A DNA stretch of 62,251 bases, the filler included, from Choristocarpus tenellus KU-1152 (lineage: Eukaryota; Protista; Phaeophyceae), in NCBI GenBank assembly GCA_964200185.2. It is 6 parts of 6 records of this genome, joined end to end, with 100 filler letters (N's around TTAATTAATTAA, not from the genome) between each part and the next. Parts side by side here need not be neighbours in the genome. Positions count along the whole stretch, not along the records: positions 1 to 3,401 come from CAXNAD020020286.1; positions 3,502 to 6,663 come from CAXNAD020021858.1; positions 6,764 to 30,642 come from CAXNAD020000233.1; 3 more parts are not named here. One strand, 5' to 3'. The translations under genes and the position numbers were made by a program. The notes below the pieces were generated by a model. The model made no database searches, was not told the origin of the DNA, and saw only the letters and a list, made by a program, of their open reading frames with translations. The stretch's first letter is position 1. Each line of letters opens with the position of its first letter. Below are positions 1 to 13,926 of this stretch, piece after piece.

Positions 1-1626
1 CTCTCCCCCTTTCCACGCAAAGTGGGGGGGGGGGGGGGGGGGGGGGTTGCAAGTGCTTATTTATATATTGTTTTTTTTTGTATGTATGAGTCTGTTTTAT
101 TGTGGAACATGCAGGGCAGCGCTAGAAATTCGGACATTGGAGTGGATTAAATCGTTCACCACAGCTTTTTTGATGAACTGGATGGACTACGGAGGTGTCT
201 AGTCCTAGCCCTAAACCTATCGGTAGTGGAAAGCACCTCTTTTGTGATACATCCAATTCACCGAAGTAAAATGCACTGAATGATCTATTTGATCCATTCC
301 AATGTCGGAAATTTGACCAGATTCCGAACACGCACTAGGACATGGATGGCGAATTTTCGGGCAAAGTAGAGGCAGTGTATGTCACCTAAAGTCTAGCACA
401 ACCTGCTTTGCTGTTGTGTGTATGTGTGTGTGAGTTATTACTATTATTATTGTTATGTGTGTGAGATCGATCTTTGTTGGGTTTGGTTTGGTTTAGCTTG
501 GTCAGGAGCGTTGTGCCCTTTTGAAGGGAAGTTTTTTTGTCCTCTCTCTGGATGGTGTGTACAAATGTACTAAATGTGTCTTTTTTTGTCGAGGTCTGTA
601 AGAGATGTGCTGTTTCTGTCACTCATTGAGATACTTGTGCCACGGAGACAAACAGCACCATGGTATCTCAGTATTTGACACAATCAGAGGCTAGAGTGGT
701 GTCGTACTTTGTGAAACCATCTGCCCCGGTATTGGAGTGGTATCTTAATGTGTGTGCAGTTTCTTTTTTGGACCTTTACTTTGGGAGGGTTAGAATTCTA
801 TGTGCTGGTGCTGGTGCTGGTGCTGGTGCTGGTGCTGTTGCTGCATCAATTCAATTCAATTCAATTCAATTCAAGTCTAGTCAGTGCCTTCTGTGTTTGC
901 TTTTGCTTGTGGTGTATTTACTTGCCATGTGGAGGCTGTAGTATTGATGGAATCCTAGTGTTGTCCCCTTGAAGGCTGGAATAGAGATAAGGAGGGGCTA
1001 TAATTGATGATCACATTGGATTACAAACATGGCAGTCATGGTGGTAGTGGGTAGGTAAGAGGTAAGAAGGGTAAGACAAAGGTTTTTGCAATGTGTGTGA
1101 ACAATTTGTTACAGTACCCCATGGATTGTGGTGGGTTGATCACAACAGACTCTCTTCTTGTAGAATAAGTTCATGTCCTTTTTGGCGTGAGTGTTTCTGT
1201 TTGATTGGATTGAGTATGATACATGCTGTAGAAGTATGATACATGCTGTAAAGAGGTGCTTTAGTTTGGTGTAGTGTGATATCTCAGGGGGTGGTAAGCA
1301 GGAGGATTAGGGTAAGGAATGCCTTTTGTTACTGGCAGTGCTTTCAAAAGTATGTACAGTGCATGTGTGTGTGTGTGTGTTTTTTTTTGTATGATGCCCT
1401 GGTATGCTCTGTGTTGGGATAGGCAAATGTGCCTATTATTTTTTGGTGGAGAAGAGGATGGATGAGTTGATTTGTTGTCAGACGTTTATGAGCTGTTTTT
1501 GTTATATAGGTTTAGTCTGAATTATGGACTTGCAAGAATTGTTTGAAAGCATCCCCCAAAGTGCTCATTTATTCCAACCACCATGTTGCAATGAAAACAC
1601 CCTGTTGATGGTGTGTGTGTATGCAG

Positions 1627-2808
1627 CTCACTCCTATGGAAATGATGAAGATGAGAATGCGCAAACAACTTAACAGCCAGCTTCAGAAGGATAAGACAGC
1701 TAGTGCCAAAAAGACCAGCAAGGAGATGAAGATGGCAGAGCTGGATAGAAAGTGAGCCTGGAGCACTTGTTGGGGTACTTGCTATTGCATAAAATATGGG
1801 AAGTGCATCTTTGTTTCAGAGTGTTGACAGTGTGGTTTAGGACTTAGTGGGTGTGATTATTTTTGAGCATATTTTACCTCTCCAGTAGACCCTCACCCTG
1901 GTAAGCTTTTTGAGTTGTACTTGTAGCAGTTCGGACTACCCTGGTGTCTCACTAAGTGTATTGACAGAGAGGTTGAGATTCAGAGAGGATGAATTTCCCG
2001 GAATGGACTTTGCTCCTGTAAACTACTATCAATAGACATAATACTACGTGTCTGACATGGTGTGTATAGATCTATGGCAACCTTCTATCTCTCTTCACGT
2101 CCTTGAAAACCAAGCTACCGGGGTGGGAAGAGTTGGATACCCTGGCAATTTAAGCAGGATAAAATGATTACTTAATGATTAATTAATTTTGTTTGATTGC
2201 AAGAGTGTTGGTTTTTCCATCCTTGTATAGTATTTTGATGTTGGATAGACAACTGGTATTATTTTTGTGTGTTGTATTTAAGTCTGTTATTTTGTTCATC
2301 AGGATAGAAGCTATAGTACCCTTCGTCTGCCCTGTGATGCCCTCCCAAGACCTCATGCCAGAGAGATTTTTACTTACGAGTATTATTTTAAAACAGTAAA
2401 CGTATTTTATTTTAGAGGGTAGTAGACGTAATGGTACAAAAATAATACATACATATATATATAGAAACATATGCACCTGCTCTTTGCTCACACCAATGGA
2501 AAGAGATGAGTTATGCACGCGATGTGGTTGGACACATTCAGTCAATAGAACATTCCCAATACCAAACCTACCACGAACTATTGTTATTGTCAGCATAAGT
2601 AGCAGTTTTATTATTATTTTTAATATATTTAGTATTGATTACAATATATATTTTTAAACTTTTCATTGATCCCAGGCAGCAGCGCCTCGAGGATGAGCAG
2701 CGTGAGCGGTTGCTGGCTATGGCTAAGAAGTCACCCACTAGGTCCTGTTCTACTTCACCCCCACGTAAACACAATCATCGCTCGAGGACACCTTCAGTCT
2801 CGAGGTGA
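1627..2808 (+). CDS. CLASRP: C-terminal exons of a CLASRP/SFRS16-like SR-related splicing regulator (5'-partial; exons 1627-1751 and 2676-2804/2808)
   Basis: CAG/GT-bounded exons join in phase (AA|G) to give LTPMEMMKMRMRKQLNSQLQKDK...ELDRKQQRLEDEQRERLLAMAKKSPTRSCSTSPPRKHNHRSRTPS. This resembles the CLASRP C-terminus (LTPQEKLKLRMQKALNRQFKADK...EDELRAMARK plus an RS tail). Confidence 0.6.
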
Positions 2809-3131
2809 CATGAGGGGCTGAGGGGAAGGGGGTGGGGGTCTTTCACAGGGGAGGGGCTAGATGGTTTGTGTGCCAAGGAGGGCACAATTTTTCCCACTAT
2901 CGGGAGGATGTTGGTGGGGGGTTATGGGTTATGTTGGTGGGGGGTTATGGCGTCTGTGTAGGCTCTTGACTGCTTACTGACGCACCTCTGTGTTCGAAAG
3001 ATTTTATTTTATTTTTGGGATGCAGTAGCTTGAACTGTTTGTTCTTGCAGTTGTTATTATAATAATCAAAATAATGCTTTTTGTTTGATGGTTTTGGGGT
3101 GTGTGAATAGGTAAGGTTAGTTTTTTGCTCG

Positions 3132-3185
3132 GGGTAAGGGTAAGGGTAAGGGTAAGGGTAAGGGTAAGGGTAAGGGTAAGGGTAA
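3132..3185. repeat. (GGGTAA)9 telomere-like variant microsatellite
   Basis: Nine perfect copies read directly. Confidence 0.9.
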
Positions 3186-3401
3186 AAGGGTTACGAACTG
3201 AACTTTCTCTGTTCAGCATCAGTTTGAACAGTTTTTGTATTGGGTTATAAATGCAGAAGATGGTATCAGGTTTTCATTATGTTGTGAGAGTCTTGAAAAA
3301 TCCCATTATTGTGAGATTTCCCAAGAATATCAGTGAAATCTGACATGGTCTACTACCTATCCTATATCCCCCCCCTCCCCGACCCGAGCGGCAAGATAAG
3401 C

Positions 3402-3501
3402 NNNNNNNNNNNNNNNNNNNNNNNNNNNNNNNNNNNNNNNNNNNNTTAATTAATTAANNNNNNNNNNNNNNNNNNNNNNNNNNNNNNNNNNNNNNNNNNN
3501 N
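3402..3501. other. Artificial contig linker N44-TTAATTAATTAA-N44
   Basis: Exactly 100 bp; the 12-mer gives stops in all six frames; five identical copies occur in the window. Confidence 0.98.
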
Positions 3502-6179
3502 GGAGGCGAATGATCTGGTAGCCGATATGACGAGACCAGGGTCGAGTACATTGCCTGATGATCAGACGTACCTACTGGCCATCATGACTTGTCTTGAGGT
3601 ATGATATGTAATGTATTACTGTTGTTGTGGTTGTAATAATAATAAATGGTCATACCTAATGACCCCATGACTTTTCTTGAGGTATAGTATGCAATGTATG
3701 TACAATAATATAATAATATTGATGGGGCGTGATTGCTCGCTTCACAAAAAAAAAAAAATGTTTGTCGTTGGTATGTATATATATATATATATACATGTAT
3801 AAAATAAAAAATAGCTCTGTCTCCATGAGTGTTGGTTGGGAATCTTAGATTTGATTGAATCGCCGCGATTTGATTTTGTGTATATATATATTTATTTTTT
3901 TAAAGAAAAAGGTTAGGGATATCTTTTGATCGAGCTATTTTTTATTTTGAAAAATGGGTGCTGTTTGTCCTGTGCTCACGGAGCTGTCTGATTCGCTCTG
4001 CGTGTAGGTTTCAATAATAATGGAAGGCGTTGAGATTTTGTTAACCGATTTATTAACTTTACACTTACCCATGATTTAATAACTATCAGATCGCAACATA
4101 TTGTGTTCCTTGAGGATTTGATGTGTTTACTGCATGTATGTGTATGCATATGTACATATATATATATATGCCATGTGGGATTTGAGGGGTCATTGCGACG
4201 CTCTGAGATATATATACCTTTTTTCATGCCAAAATCATGCTTTTGGTTTGATTGAGTTGGTGGAATGGTTTCTGTCTTCATTTGTCGTTGTTGGAAGTTT
4301 GAAGTTGGACCTCATTGTATCCCTTGGACTCACAACACTGTTCTTGTTATTATTGTGGGTTTGTTGGAGGAGAGAGGCGCTTACCGCTTGTGTAATCGTA
4401 TTAAGAAAAATGTATGTGTATAAATTTTTCTATATACTAGTTTTAGTATGAATATTTACATGTGCTAGTTTTAGTAAGCAGTATGAAAGAAAAAAAAAGA
4501 AAATCTCTTACGGTTATTGTGTTGGGAAACTTAAGTTGGAGAGGAGTGACCTTTTTTTTTAATCGCAGAAATTTTATTTTTTTAAATGTTCATATTGTTA
4601 GCAACAAATCGTAACTATTGTTGGGGTACATAGGAATGGTTTCCGCCTGTAAGCAAGACACCGAAATCTGGAACTGAAAAGTATATCCCCTGTGTGTATA
4701 TATGTGTATACATGTTTGTCTTAATTCTTGTTTATTTATTTTTTGTATATATATGTGTGTGTGTGTGTATATATACGTATATATACTTTTCTTAATTCTT
4801 GCTTATTTTTATATGTATATATATGTGTGTGTATACGTAAATATACTTTTCTTAATTCTTTATTTTTGTATGTATATGTATTTATCTGTGTACGTTTACA
4901 TACACTTCCTAATTCTCGTTTATTTTTGTATGTATATACATACTTATTATTATTATTATTATTTAATTTTTGAAGGCTGCAGGGGAGAACATGGAAGATG
5001 ATGGTCCACTTGAGATGGCGTTTTCGCTCCGTCAGCGAATGAGGAAGGCGGGATTTTATCAGGAGCTGAGGGAATCTGGGTTGGCCAACATATTACACTC
5101 TATTTTTCTGGAGTGCGTTAATCGAAAGCATCGATGGCCTCAGGTAATTAAATATATGTATGTGTCTGTGTGTATATGTGAATTATTTATTTTATTTTAT
5201 TTTTATATTGTGTGTGTGTGTTAATGTTTGTATGTATGTATGTATTATGTTAGGAGTTTGAAGTGTTCCAAGTTTTTTGGAATGAAAAATATATGTATAT
5301 ATATATATGTAGAGAGAGAGAGGATTGGAATAATTATGGTTGTTTTGAAGGGTTATAATTTATAATTTGGGTTTTGTTAAATTTATGCGTGAAACGTAAG
5401 GTTTGGTAAGTGATTAAGAATAAGAATAATAATTACTATTATTATTCTTTGAAGCGAAGAAGTAGAAGGAATAATAATTTTAGAAGTATCAAGCTTTGAA
5501 TTTTTTTAATTTATTGATGACGCGTGTGAAGGTGTTGGGAAAAAATTGTTGGTGATAAGAAGATAAAGATCAAGTGAGACTGAAAGGTGAAGTTCTATAA
5601 ATGGCAGATTAAAGAATGTTCACGTACAATACTCTTTTTTGGGGGCGGGGGGGGGATAGGGTTAGGGTTTTGGAGGTTGAAGGTCAAGGAGGGTTGGTTG
5701 GGTTTTCTACAGAAAGGTGGGTTGATGTGTTTTGAGTTAAAATTATCTGAAAACATATTTACTTGGTGGTTAGGATCATCGGAAGGTTTTTTTAATTGTA
5801 GTACTTGATTTCTTTTTTGTATATTTTACTTGGTTTTGTGTATATTAAAAGGAAAAGGATTGATAAAACCATCACGATTTCATTTTTCCTGTTAATTTTT
5901 TTGTTCATTTCAGTAAAAAAGAAAAAAAACCTGGAAAAAAACCTGAGAACTGCAAGAAGATGAAAAATTGAAAGAGAATCAAGACATTTAAATACTAAAA
6001 AGAAATTGATACAAAGAAAGTTTAAAACATCTATTTTTTTTTAAAGATTAAAATTAGTGTGGCGTGTCTTTTACCGTTCCGACACCTTCTTTTTTGCAAG
6101 TCTTTTAACACTTCTTCCCTTCCTCCAATTTTATTATATTTTAACACCTCCTCCCCTCCTCCAATTTTATTCCAACCAA

Positions 6180-6223
<44 letters not shown>

Positions 6224-6557
6224 TTTCTCCTCTTAAATGCTTTGCAAATATATTATTATTATTATTATTATCGTGATGTCATCGGCTCTTGAATATTTAT
6301 TTTTTTAAATCTCGATGTGGGATGGAACGCGCCACACAAGGCTGTAGAAGTGTTTGAGGAGATGAGGTCTACCGGGATTGTCCCATCTGGCTCTGAATAC
6401 CGCTCCATGGTCCACATCCTTGGGCGTGGCAAGGAGAGGAAGGGCAAGGGGGGCTGGGGGTTGAAGAGGGCCGAGGACGATGGGGTGAAGCTGCTTGCCT
6501 TGCTCAAGGAGGGGAATATGCACTATCGAAAGTTCACTCAGACCTCGTACAACACAG
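3502..6557 (+). CDS. Pentatricopeptide repeat (PPR) protein, internal fragment (exons 3502-3598, 4976-5143, 6341-6557)
   Basis: Phase-0 joins give PPR-like helices: EANDLVADMTRPGSSTLPDDQTYLLAIMTCLE, MAFSLRQRMRKAG and RWPQ|AVEVFEEMRSTGIVPSGSEYRSMVHILGR. Confidence 0.75.
4720..4943. repeat. Degenerate ~60-bp intronic minisatellite, about 4 copies
   Basis: Recurrent CTTAATTCTT...TATTTTT(G/A)TATGTATA...TACGT unit. Confidence 0.7.
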
Positions 6558-6663
6558 GTGGGAGAGCCAGTTCATGATCGTGTTTAGTGGGGGGGGGGGG
6601 ATTGGGGGTGAAGGTTGGAATGTTTGTTGCTATTTTGGGTGGGTTTTTTTTTCTGTGTTTTTT

Positions 6664-6763
6664 NNNNNNNNNNNNNNNNNNNNNNNNNNNNNNNNNNNNN
6701 NNNNNNNTTAATTAATTAANNNNNNNNNNNNNNNNNNNNNNNNNNNNNNNNNNNNNNNNNNNN
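6664..6763. other. Artificial contig linker
   Basis: N44-TTAATTAATTAA-N44. Confidence 0.98.
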
Positions 6764-9599
6764 GCATCAATCACATTCACAACCCCCCCAACAACAGAAA
6801 GACCAAAATATGTCCTCCCCCCCCCCCTCCCCTGGGGGGATAATTTTAGCTCTTGTGTTTGTTCGCTATTCAAATAGGGAGTAGGAAAAAATTGACTCTT
6901 AGATTAGTATCATTTGTGAGGGCAGTTCTCATTTTTCTGGTTGTATCTTATGCATTCCGTGTAGAGTCTCTAAGTAGTGACAATTCTTAGATTTTGGGAA
7001 GCACAACCTGTGTATAAAACACTTACAGATTGTGTCAACCTCAGTCAGTATAAGCACTTGGGGAACACGAAAATCTTGCCAGGTGTGAAAAAGGTGTGGA
7101 TGGAAGCGATAATGTGTTTAGGCTTCCATAAATCAAGTGAAGACAACAATAGCAAGAGTACACTGAACTAGGGCAAACATCTACAAAATGCAAACATATG
7201 TCTTCCAACTGTGTGCACTTGCACTGCTATACTGTGAGAAGTGATAGGCAAGGTACAACAATGCCTCACCATGATAATTAAACCAAATACTACCCCACAA
7301 ATATACTCACCATGCCCACGCCTGCCATCCACCCATCGGTTCATGGCCTTGCTTGCAACATACACTGGGCACTTGCTAAGCAAGGCAAGGGGGAATGGTA
7401 GACATATCAAGGCACGGAGGCACACAACACTGCTAACAACCCTTCTCCTCTTTCCCTCTCTCTTGTGGACAGGTTTTTTGAAGTTCGAGTTCTCTTGAAA
7501 AAAATGTACATCAGCACCAAGCCTACTGGCATATGTCACCATATAAACTCACTGGCCATACAACATACTGCTTGCTTCAACGCTCACCTTGGGATGCATC
7601 TTTGCTCTCGCCCCATCGATCCCACCACCGCTGACAACCCGCAAGCAGACAAGGCATTCGACAAGAGATGGAGGCGAAAATGATGCCAGGCCCAGGACAA
7701 TACGAAGTACGAGACTTCTCCGAATTTGCACAAGGAATATACTCCCGACACCTGTAGTATGGCACCACTACCAATACGTTCATAATGGTGCAAAAGGTTG
7801 TGCCACATGAACCCCCNNNNNNNNNNCCCAAACGTTTAATAGGGGGCCAAAGGGTGTTCCCCAATACCCCCCCCCCCCCCCCCCCAGTCACTATGCTTTC
7901 CTCACCAAGACGGTGCACACAGGATTTAAAAACTCACTCCCTTACTCCCATTGCTCCCCCCACCTGTCCCCTCGCCCTTACCCTGCCTCATGATGCTACA
8001 ACGTGAATGTCCGTAAATGAAGTAAACTTGTCAGCAAACCCTGAACATAGAAATTCAACTCACATTTTAGTCTCAGGTTGCAAACACGCCTGAGATACAC
8101 TATATTACTGCCGAGAGCTCTGAGTTGACTGGGGTAGCTAGCAATTGTGTGCGCGCGCGCGCGCGTTTGTGTGTATTGGTGGCACCCACTACGTAGTGAT
8201 TGGTAACTCTTTTAGCCATTATTGCCTTACTCCACCATGTTAACCCTAACCCATACACTGTACAGTACTAATAAAATCTGTTCCTGCAAGTTGCATAAAC
8301 TTGTTGGTGCTGCTTCAAAAAAGAAATCAAGTCCCCACAGGTTCTGGTAACCAGTTCATCCGGTTGCGGCGATCATGTCTGTGTAGCATGCATAATACTC
8401 TCTATATCTTGACCTTACCTTCTGACATCATGAGAAGGAAACCATGCCAATCATGTTGGGCCTATCCACACTATGACTTCTGATCCATCGACACTTTCGG
8501 CAATGGCAGTGAGTGATCCGTCACCAAGGACGAGAATGCTAGACCTTTCACCCAACACAGTTCGACAACCCGGTGCTGCATGGCCTATCCATGGGTAAAT
8601 ATCAAGTCATAGCAAGTCGTGGTGGTGAAATGTAAGCTTCACATATTGGATCTGGCAGATGGTTCATGTCACACAACCATACAACAAGATCAAGAGTACT
8701 TCAGCCTTACAAGTACGCGAATCTTGAACAGAATAAGTGATAAGTGTACGTGATTGTGTCGTAAAGCACTTGGCTGTGCCTGTGACGTATCTCGTGGGTG
8801 ATATCAGCTTCTACAATTGATGGTACCTCCAACGTTAAGAGCGATTTATGCTGGCAGAGTACACAATTAAAGATAAGGACTATAATACCATTGTATCAAA
8901 AAAACAATTGCTATACCCGAATAAACATCAACTCCGTTGCAGTTTGTATCCTGGGAAATTTCCCACAGGGGGATGGTTAACACTAGGTGAGAGGAGTGTG
9001 GGTGTCATCAACACATGATATTGTAGCAACCCCCCCGTGTTATTTCAGAATTGCCCGCAACTTTCAGAGACAAATCCACAAATCATAAGAAAAGTCTTAC
9101 GGGCACTCTCAATCACAGTATCAGATACAGACCAAAACTTGTTGGGTCGACGAATTCGAGGTCAAACCAGAGATTTCCACCAAAATGATATTGGGGGGAT
9201 CAGCGGATCAGTGTGACATTGGAAGGAATACCGACAATAAACGCATATACTACTACTGATAGTACATGTATTTGATAGTCTATACAGTCACTGTTTCCTT
9301 TCACACTCACAATCTTCCCCTGACATTAACAACTATATATTCAGTACCCTGCTCCCAATGGCATTACTGACCCTCATTAATGCTGCGATTGCATTGGGCA
9401 TCAAAATAACTCAAAATACATTCATGCATTGGAGTACTGTTTCATGTCTAGGTCCCAAACACTGTGTTCGCACAAGGCACCTGTACCGGGTAGGGTCCAT
9501 AACACTGATCAAAGGGGCAAGAGGAAGGTGACAAAGAGGATAGAACGGGATCCATTGGACAGATCAAGGATGTACCCTAGAGCCTGCCATGAAGCATAT

Positions 9600-11600
9600 G
9601 CAGCACCAAAGAACACTTTTGGAATTCAAAAAATGAACCTCTAGTGGTTCATGAAATCCTTTAGTGTTGAATAAGCTGGGAGACATTCACATAGCTGAGT
9701 CTGCAGATTCAAATGAGAATACAACAATAAACGAACACACAACAAAAATGAGTTTCCACAGAGAGCATGGAAGTTGTACCACTACTTGTCTAACTTTAAA
9801 ATACTGGATTTCTTGCATAGGAGTCATAACAACATCCATGTGTCATTCAAACCAGGCAAGCATCAATACTTGCATCTTTGGTTTCGTACTTACAGTTCTA
9901 CATAAAAAAGAAACTGCACCACCAAGGAGTACAGCTAAGTCAGTTCTCCCTCGGTACACATTCAAAGGATCTTTACTTGCCCAGCAACATTCGAAATATC
10001 CAGTCCACAGTGCAGACCCAGTTCTAGGTAATCCTATGATCCTGTCCACCACCCAACCGAAAGGCCTGAACCAGACTGCAGCCCTGTTCATGGCCCAGTA
10101 CGGAAAAAAGCACCTCAGATATAGCTCAAAATATACAGACAATAACATGGCATTCAACCCTCTTGATCTGTAATCGAAGAACACCATCCAGTTGATACGA
10201 CTTAAGATAACTTGCAGATACATACGACTATCACCGTTGTTGTACAGCCCTTCTTATCAACAAGTTCAAACGTAACCAAACACTGTCGAAAGATGAGCGT
10301 CTTGATGTTTTTTCCCTGGACTGCTCCATCTCTTTCAGACCAGGGTTCGCAATATGATGTGGGAGGGGAGTTGTCACTGGGTGTCTCCGGTCGATGTATT
10401 GTTGAACCCATGAGCAGACTTAAGGAGAACAGTCACGGCTATCAAAATTATACTCTATTTGAAAAACATCCCTCGAGGTGCGGGGGGGGTTGTTCAAAGA
10501 ACTCACCAATACCCAATGCACTACCTGGTCGACTAGAAACAAACTTATAGCAAGCGCTTTTATTGAGTTTGTTGATCAACCCTGTTGCCAGAGATCATCG
10601 TGCTTTCACACATCCCTATCCTTACCCGTTGGAGAGGTGGACCTTCTGCTACGGCCATGAACGCTGACAGGTTTGCATTGCTGGCTCTGCCTCTCTATCG
10701 TTAACTTGCTCCCTTTCTGCCACTCATACTACTCTTTCAGTGTCATTCTTCTTGTCCATTTAGACATGAACTGAGCACGACTCTGCACGCAGTGCCACGT
10801 GGAATCAAGGGATGATACTACAGCAGTTTAAAATGCGCTAGGCTATGTTCACATAAGGCACATGGAGTCACCAATCAACGCCAAAAACAGCCACTTAACT
10901 ATGCATCCAAACCATCAATTGCGCAAACAATAGAAGAAGCATGCGTGAGAGGGGAGGGGGGCTGAAGGGACTGACTACATTGTCATTTGTTCTTGTCTCC
11001 CGTTGTATTCTTTGCAATGAGAGGAGTGTCTGCAATTGGTCCATGCCATGCAGCACGGTAGCTCAAGTACAACACCGATAAGTTGATGGCATAGGAGCTG
11101 ATGCAGACAACACAAATATCTCTCAACACGGTGACAGAGATATATGCCAGGTAGATTGATACAACCTGCGGGGAGGTAAGGGAGACATAATGTCGTCTGT
11201 CAACAGCAATGTTCACTCATGGGTTCCAGAAAACACATACATTCTTAAAGTTGGACGTAACAACTCTCAAGATCTGCTCCTTGTGTCTAACATCAAACCC
11301 ACACTTCCTTCCAGTGGATAGGGACTCATATGGTTGAGTGTGGTGGGGTAGAGAAGGGGCAGGCAAGGTGCATACAACACATAATCCCCACTGAACTCAC
11401 CACAACAGGTACCGTAATTGCAAAAACAGTTCCCGCCTTTGCTTTGTAGGATGCCAGGGGTAAGAAACGATGCAGGAACACAATGAGAAAATACACAGTG
11501 CCTTCCTCAAACATGAACACATGTAACAGGCAATGACGGGGGTGGTAAAGGCACCAAGCAAGAAATCACACAAGGTAGAGTGCATATCAGCGCATATCTA
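9600..11600 (-). mobile_element. Highly decayed Ty1/Copia pol relic (RT and RNase H, possibly part of integrase); boundaries approximate
   Basis: Minus-strand remnants lie in Copia order. KLNKSACY...GEFFEQ...GCF (~10470-10570) resembles RT RLNKSLYGL...GFEQC..D.CVF. CWASKD...RTDLAVLLGGAVSFLCRT (~9890-9990) resembles RNase H DYASK.DRRSVSG.AV..GGA.VSW.SRTQ. Many stops and frameshifts. Confidence 0.55.
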
Positions 11601-13182
11601 TCTTTCAGCCTCACTGTGAATAGAAAAGACTGACCTTCACTACCACGGCTCATGATTGCCTCCCATAGCCAGACATAAAGTATGGAACTGGGCATAGTCT
11701 ATTGTAGCGGAATCTCGAACACAAGAACATCAGTAGAAACAAGCTAACACCTTTCCCACGTGCCAGCCATGAAGGGAAGGGTATGTATGATGAGCTATGC
11801 TCGGTGGAAGGGCTTTCATGATGGAAAAACATTCACAGGTCAGTGCACAGCATCACGATGCAACTGGATAAGGTAGTAAAAAATAGGACTTTGAGGCCAA
11901 AGTAAGGGACCTATTGGCGAGGCTGTGAGACTATCAAGTGCACAGTGACTACATCCCTATTGACGTCTTGATTTCTCATGGCTTTCATCTGCGTGAAAAA
12001 ATGACAAATCAGCGGCGTCCCGCACACCCTTGGCCAAACCCCATCCCCATACCCGGCTTGTCCGATCTACCCAAGCCTGCCCTCGTTGCTGGCGTTCTTT
12101 GTTAGTACCAAACATTGCCCCATTCCCCACCTAAAGCCGCATTGGGAAAATCCAAGAGATGTCCCTTTGGCAGGATCCCCACGGCGGACAGCACGTGCCC
12201 CCACTCGCTCGTGAATACCTACAGTAAGATCAGTATGCAACAGAGAAAGTCCTCTAAGGTCAGGTAGAGATTGGTGGTACAAGTAAGTGCAAGTTTTTGT
12301 CCTCCATATATTGTAATCCTATACTTACGAGAAGTAGGCACGGCATCTCAACGACCATTATTTCGCAGTTTTCGATTATCCCTATCAATCCCTATCATTA
12401 TCTATGTCCACATGTCATGTGTACCTACCTTAGAACAGGAGATAAACTGGTTGATGTCGCATGTTGCCTCGTAGGAGGCGTCGACTTCATTCTGATGCTC
12501 GACGTAGACTGGGGCGTTAAATGTGCAGCGGTGTAACAACCGTTCGTTTAGTTGCTGGGGATGTCAAACAGTTGTATGCAGACTTTCACCCCCCACACCT
12601 ACCTGCGTAAAGAGAGAGACATAAACCCACTAACGCTAGGACCTCAAGATTTTTGGTTGATCGGCATCCTCGCATCCTTAATTGTCTTTTACTTCCCTTC
12701 CCCCCAGTCCCCGATTGTGTACCCCACTCTCAACGAGTGGTGGGTGTAATGTTAGCTTCGGGTGGTATGTGACAAAGGAGAGAGAGAGAGGGCGGTAACA
12801 ATAATAGGTGGAGTAGTGAATGAAGTCGCAGTGGAGGTCAACAACAAAAACATTTTTCCTTTTGAGAGGAAATATAGTAATAATTTGGACATGGTAGTGG
12901 AATTGGATACTAGTAAAACCAAAACTTCATCTATGCAAAACGTTTTTTTTTACGTTTTGTAGTATTGTTGAAATAGTAAATGGATTTTGGACAGTTACCT
13001 TCAACACGTATCAGTATTAGTTTTGTAGGGGTTGTGGTGATGCTGGTTTGGCTTTTCCCTGTGGACATCTACAAAATGTTGAACTCCATAATAATATTAT
13101 ATAAAATATCCTGGGTTGGAGACATACCAACAATGTACATTATCATTTTATTATATTATCCCACCTCACCCACTCATCCGCC

Positions 13183-13570
13183 AGCAATGGTGCAGCTGCT
13201 GCTGCAGCTGAGGCGCACCCACTACTACGAGGGCTCCTTTGATACTCGTAGTTATAACCTCAACACCTTTGCGGTGGAAAGTTTTGGGCGCCTCAGCAAG
13301 CAAGTGAAGTGCTTCCTGGATGAGCTGGCTACACACATGGTAGGGGGGAGAGGAGCTGGAGGATATTGCAGGAAAGAAGGAGTAGTTAAATCCCGGCTAC
13401 GCCAAATTGTTTCGGTGACTACGCAAGTAAGTGGCATTGTCTCGACGTGTCATGCGCTTTAAACTAGAGTCACCAGGGAGATGGGCACGGAGGGGATTAG
13501 TGGATTCTTGGGATGCCTCCCTAGCTCCCCCCCCTTGGGCGCAGGAGTAGGTAGATAGGAAGCACAGGAA
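13183..13570 (+). mobile_element. 3' fragment of a non-LTR retrotransposon, restriction-like endonuclease (RLE, CRE-like) C-terminus
   Basis: HYYEGSFDTRSYNLNTFAVESFGRLSKQVKCFLDELATHMVGGR...GVVKSRLRQIVSVTTQV contains the K.HY...(F)AVES.GRLG motif of RLE-type elements. The 3' flank is homologous to 14350-14470. Confidence 0.75.
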
Positions 13571-13714
13571 GACAGTGTGGTGGTTTTCACACTTACAGTT
13601 TTAGAGTTTTTTCACATTTATGATATTTTATTTCTTTAGGGCTAATAACGACATGTATATATAGTTTTCATTGGTTTCCCCCTGACACATCTGCAAAATG
13701 TCAGAGGGCATATA

Positions 13715-13926
13715 AAAGCGCATGACACGTCGAGACAATGCCACTTACTTGCGTAGTCACCAAAACAATTTGGCGTAGCCGGGATTTAACTACTCCTTCT
13801 TTCCTGCAATATCCGCCAGCTCCTCTCCCCCCTACCATGTGTGTAGCCAGCTCATCCAGGAAGCACTTCACTTGCTTGCCGAGGCACCCAAAACTTTCCA
13901 CTGCAAAGGTGTCGAGGTTATAACTA
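13715..13926 (-). repeat. Inverted 212-bp copy of 13249-13460
   Basis: The reverse complement aligns without gaps, with 6 mismatches by manual count. Confidence 0.95.

Noticed and set aside
115-340. GSARNSDIGVD*IVHHSFFDELD, reminiscent of an AGC-kinase tail
   Set aside because: It has an in-frame stop, is very short and has no other kinase motifs.
7460-9400. Short ORFs that might be gag or protease of a retroelement
   Set aside because: No motif could be recognised with confidence.
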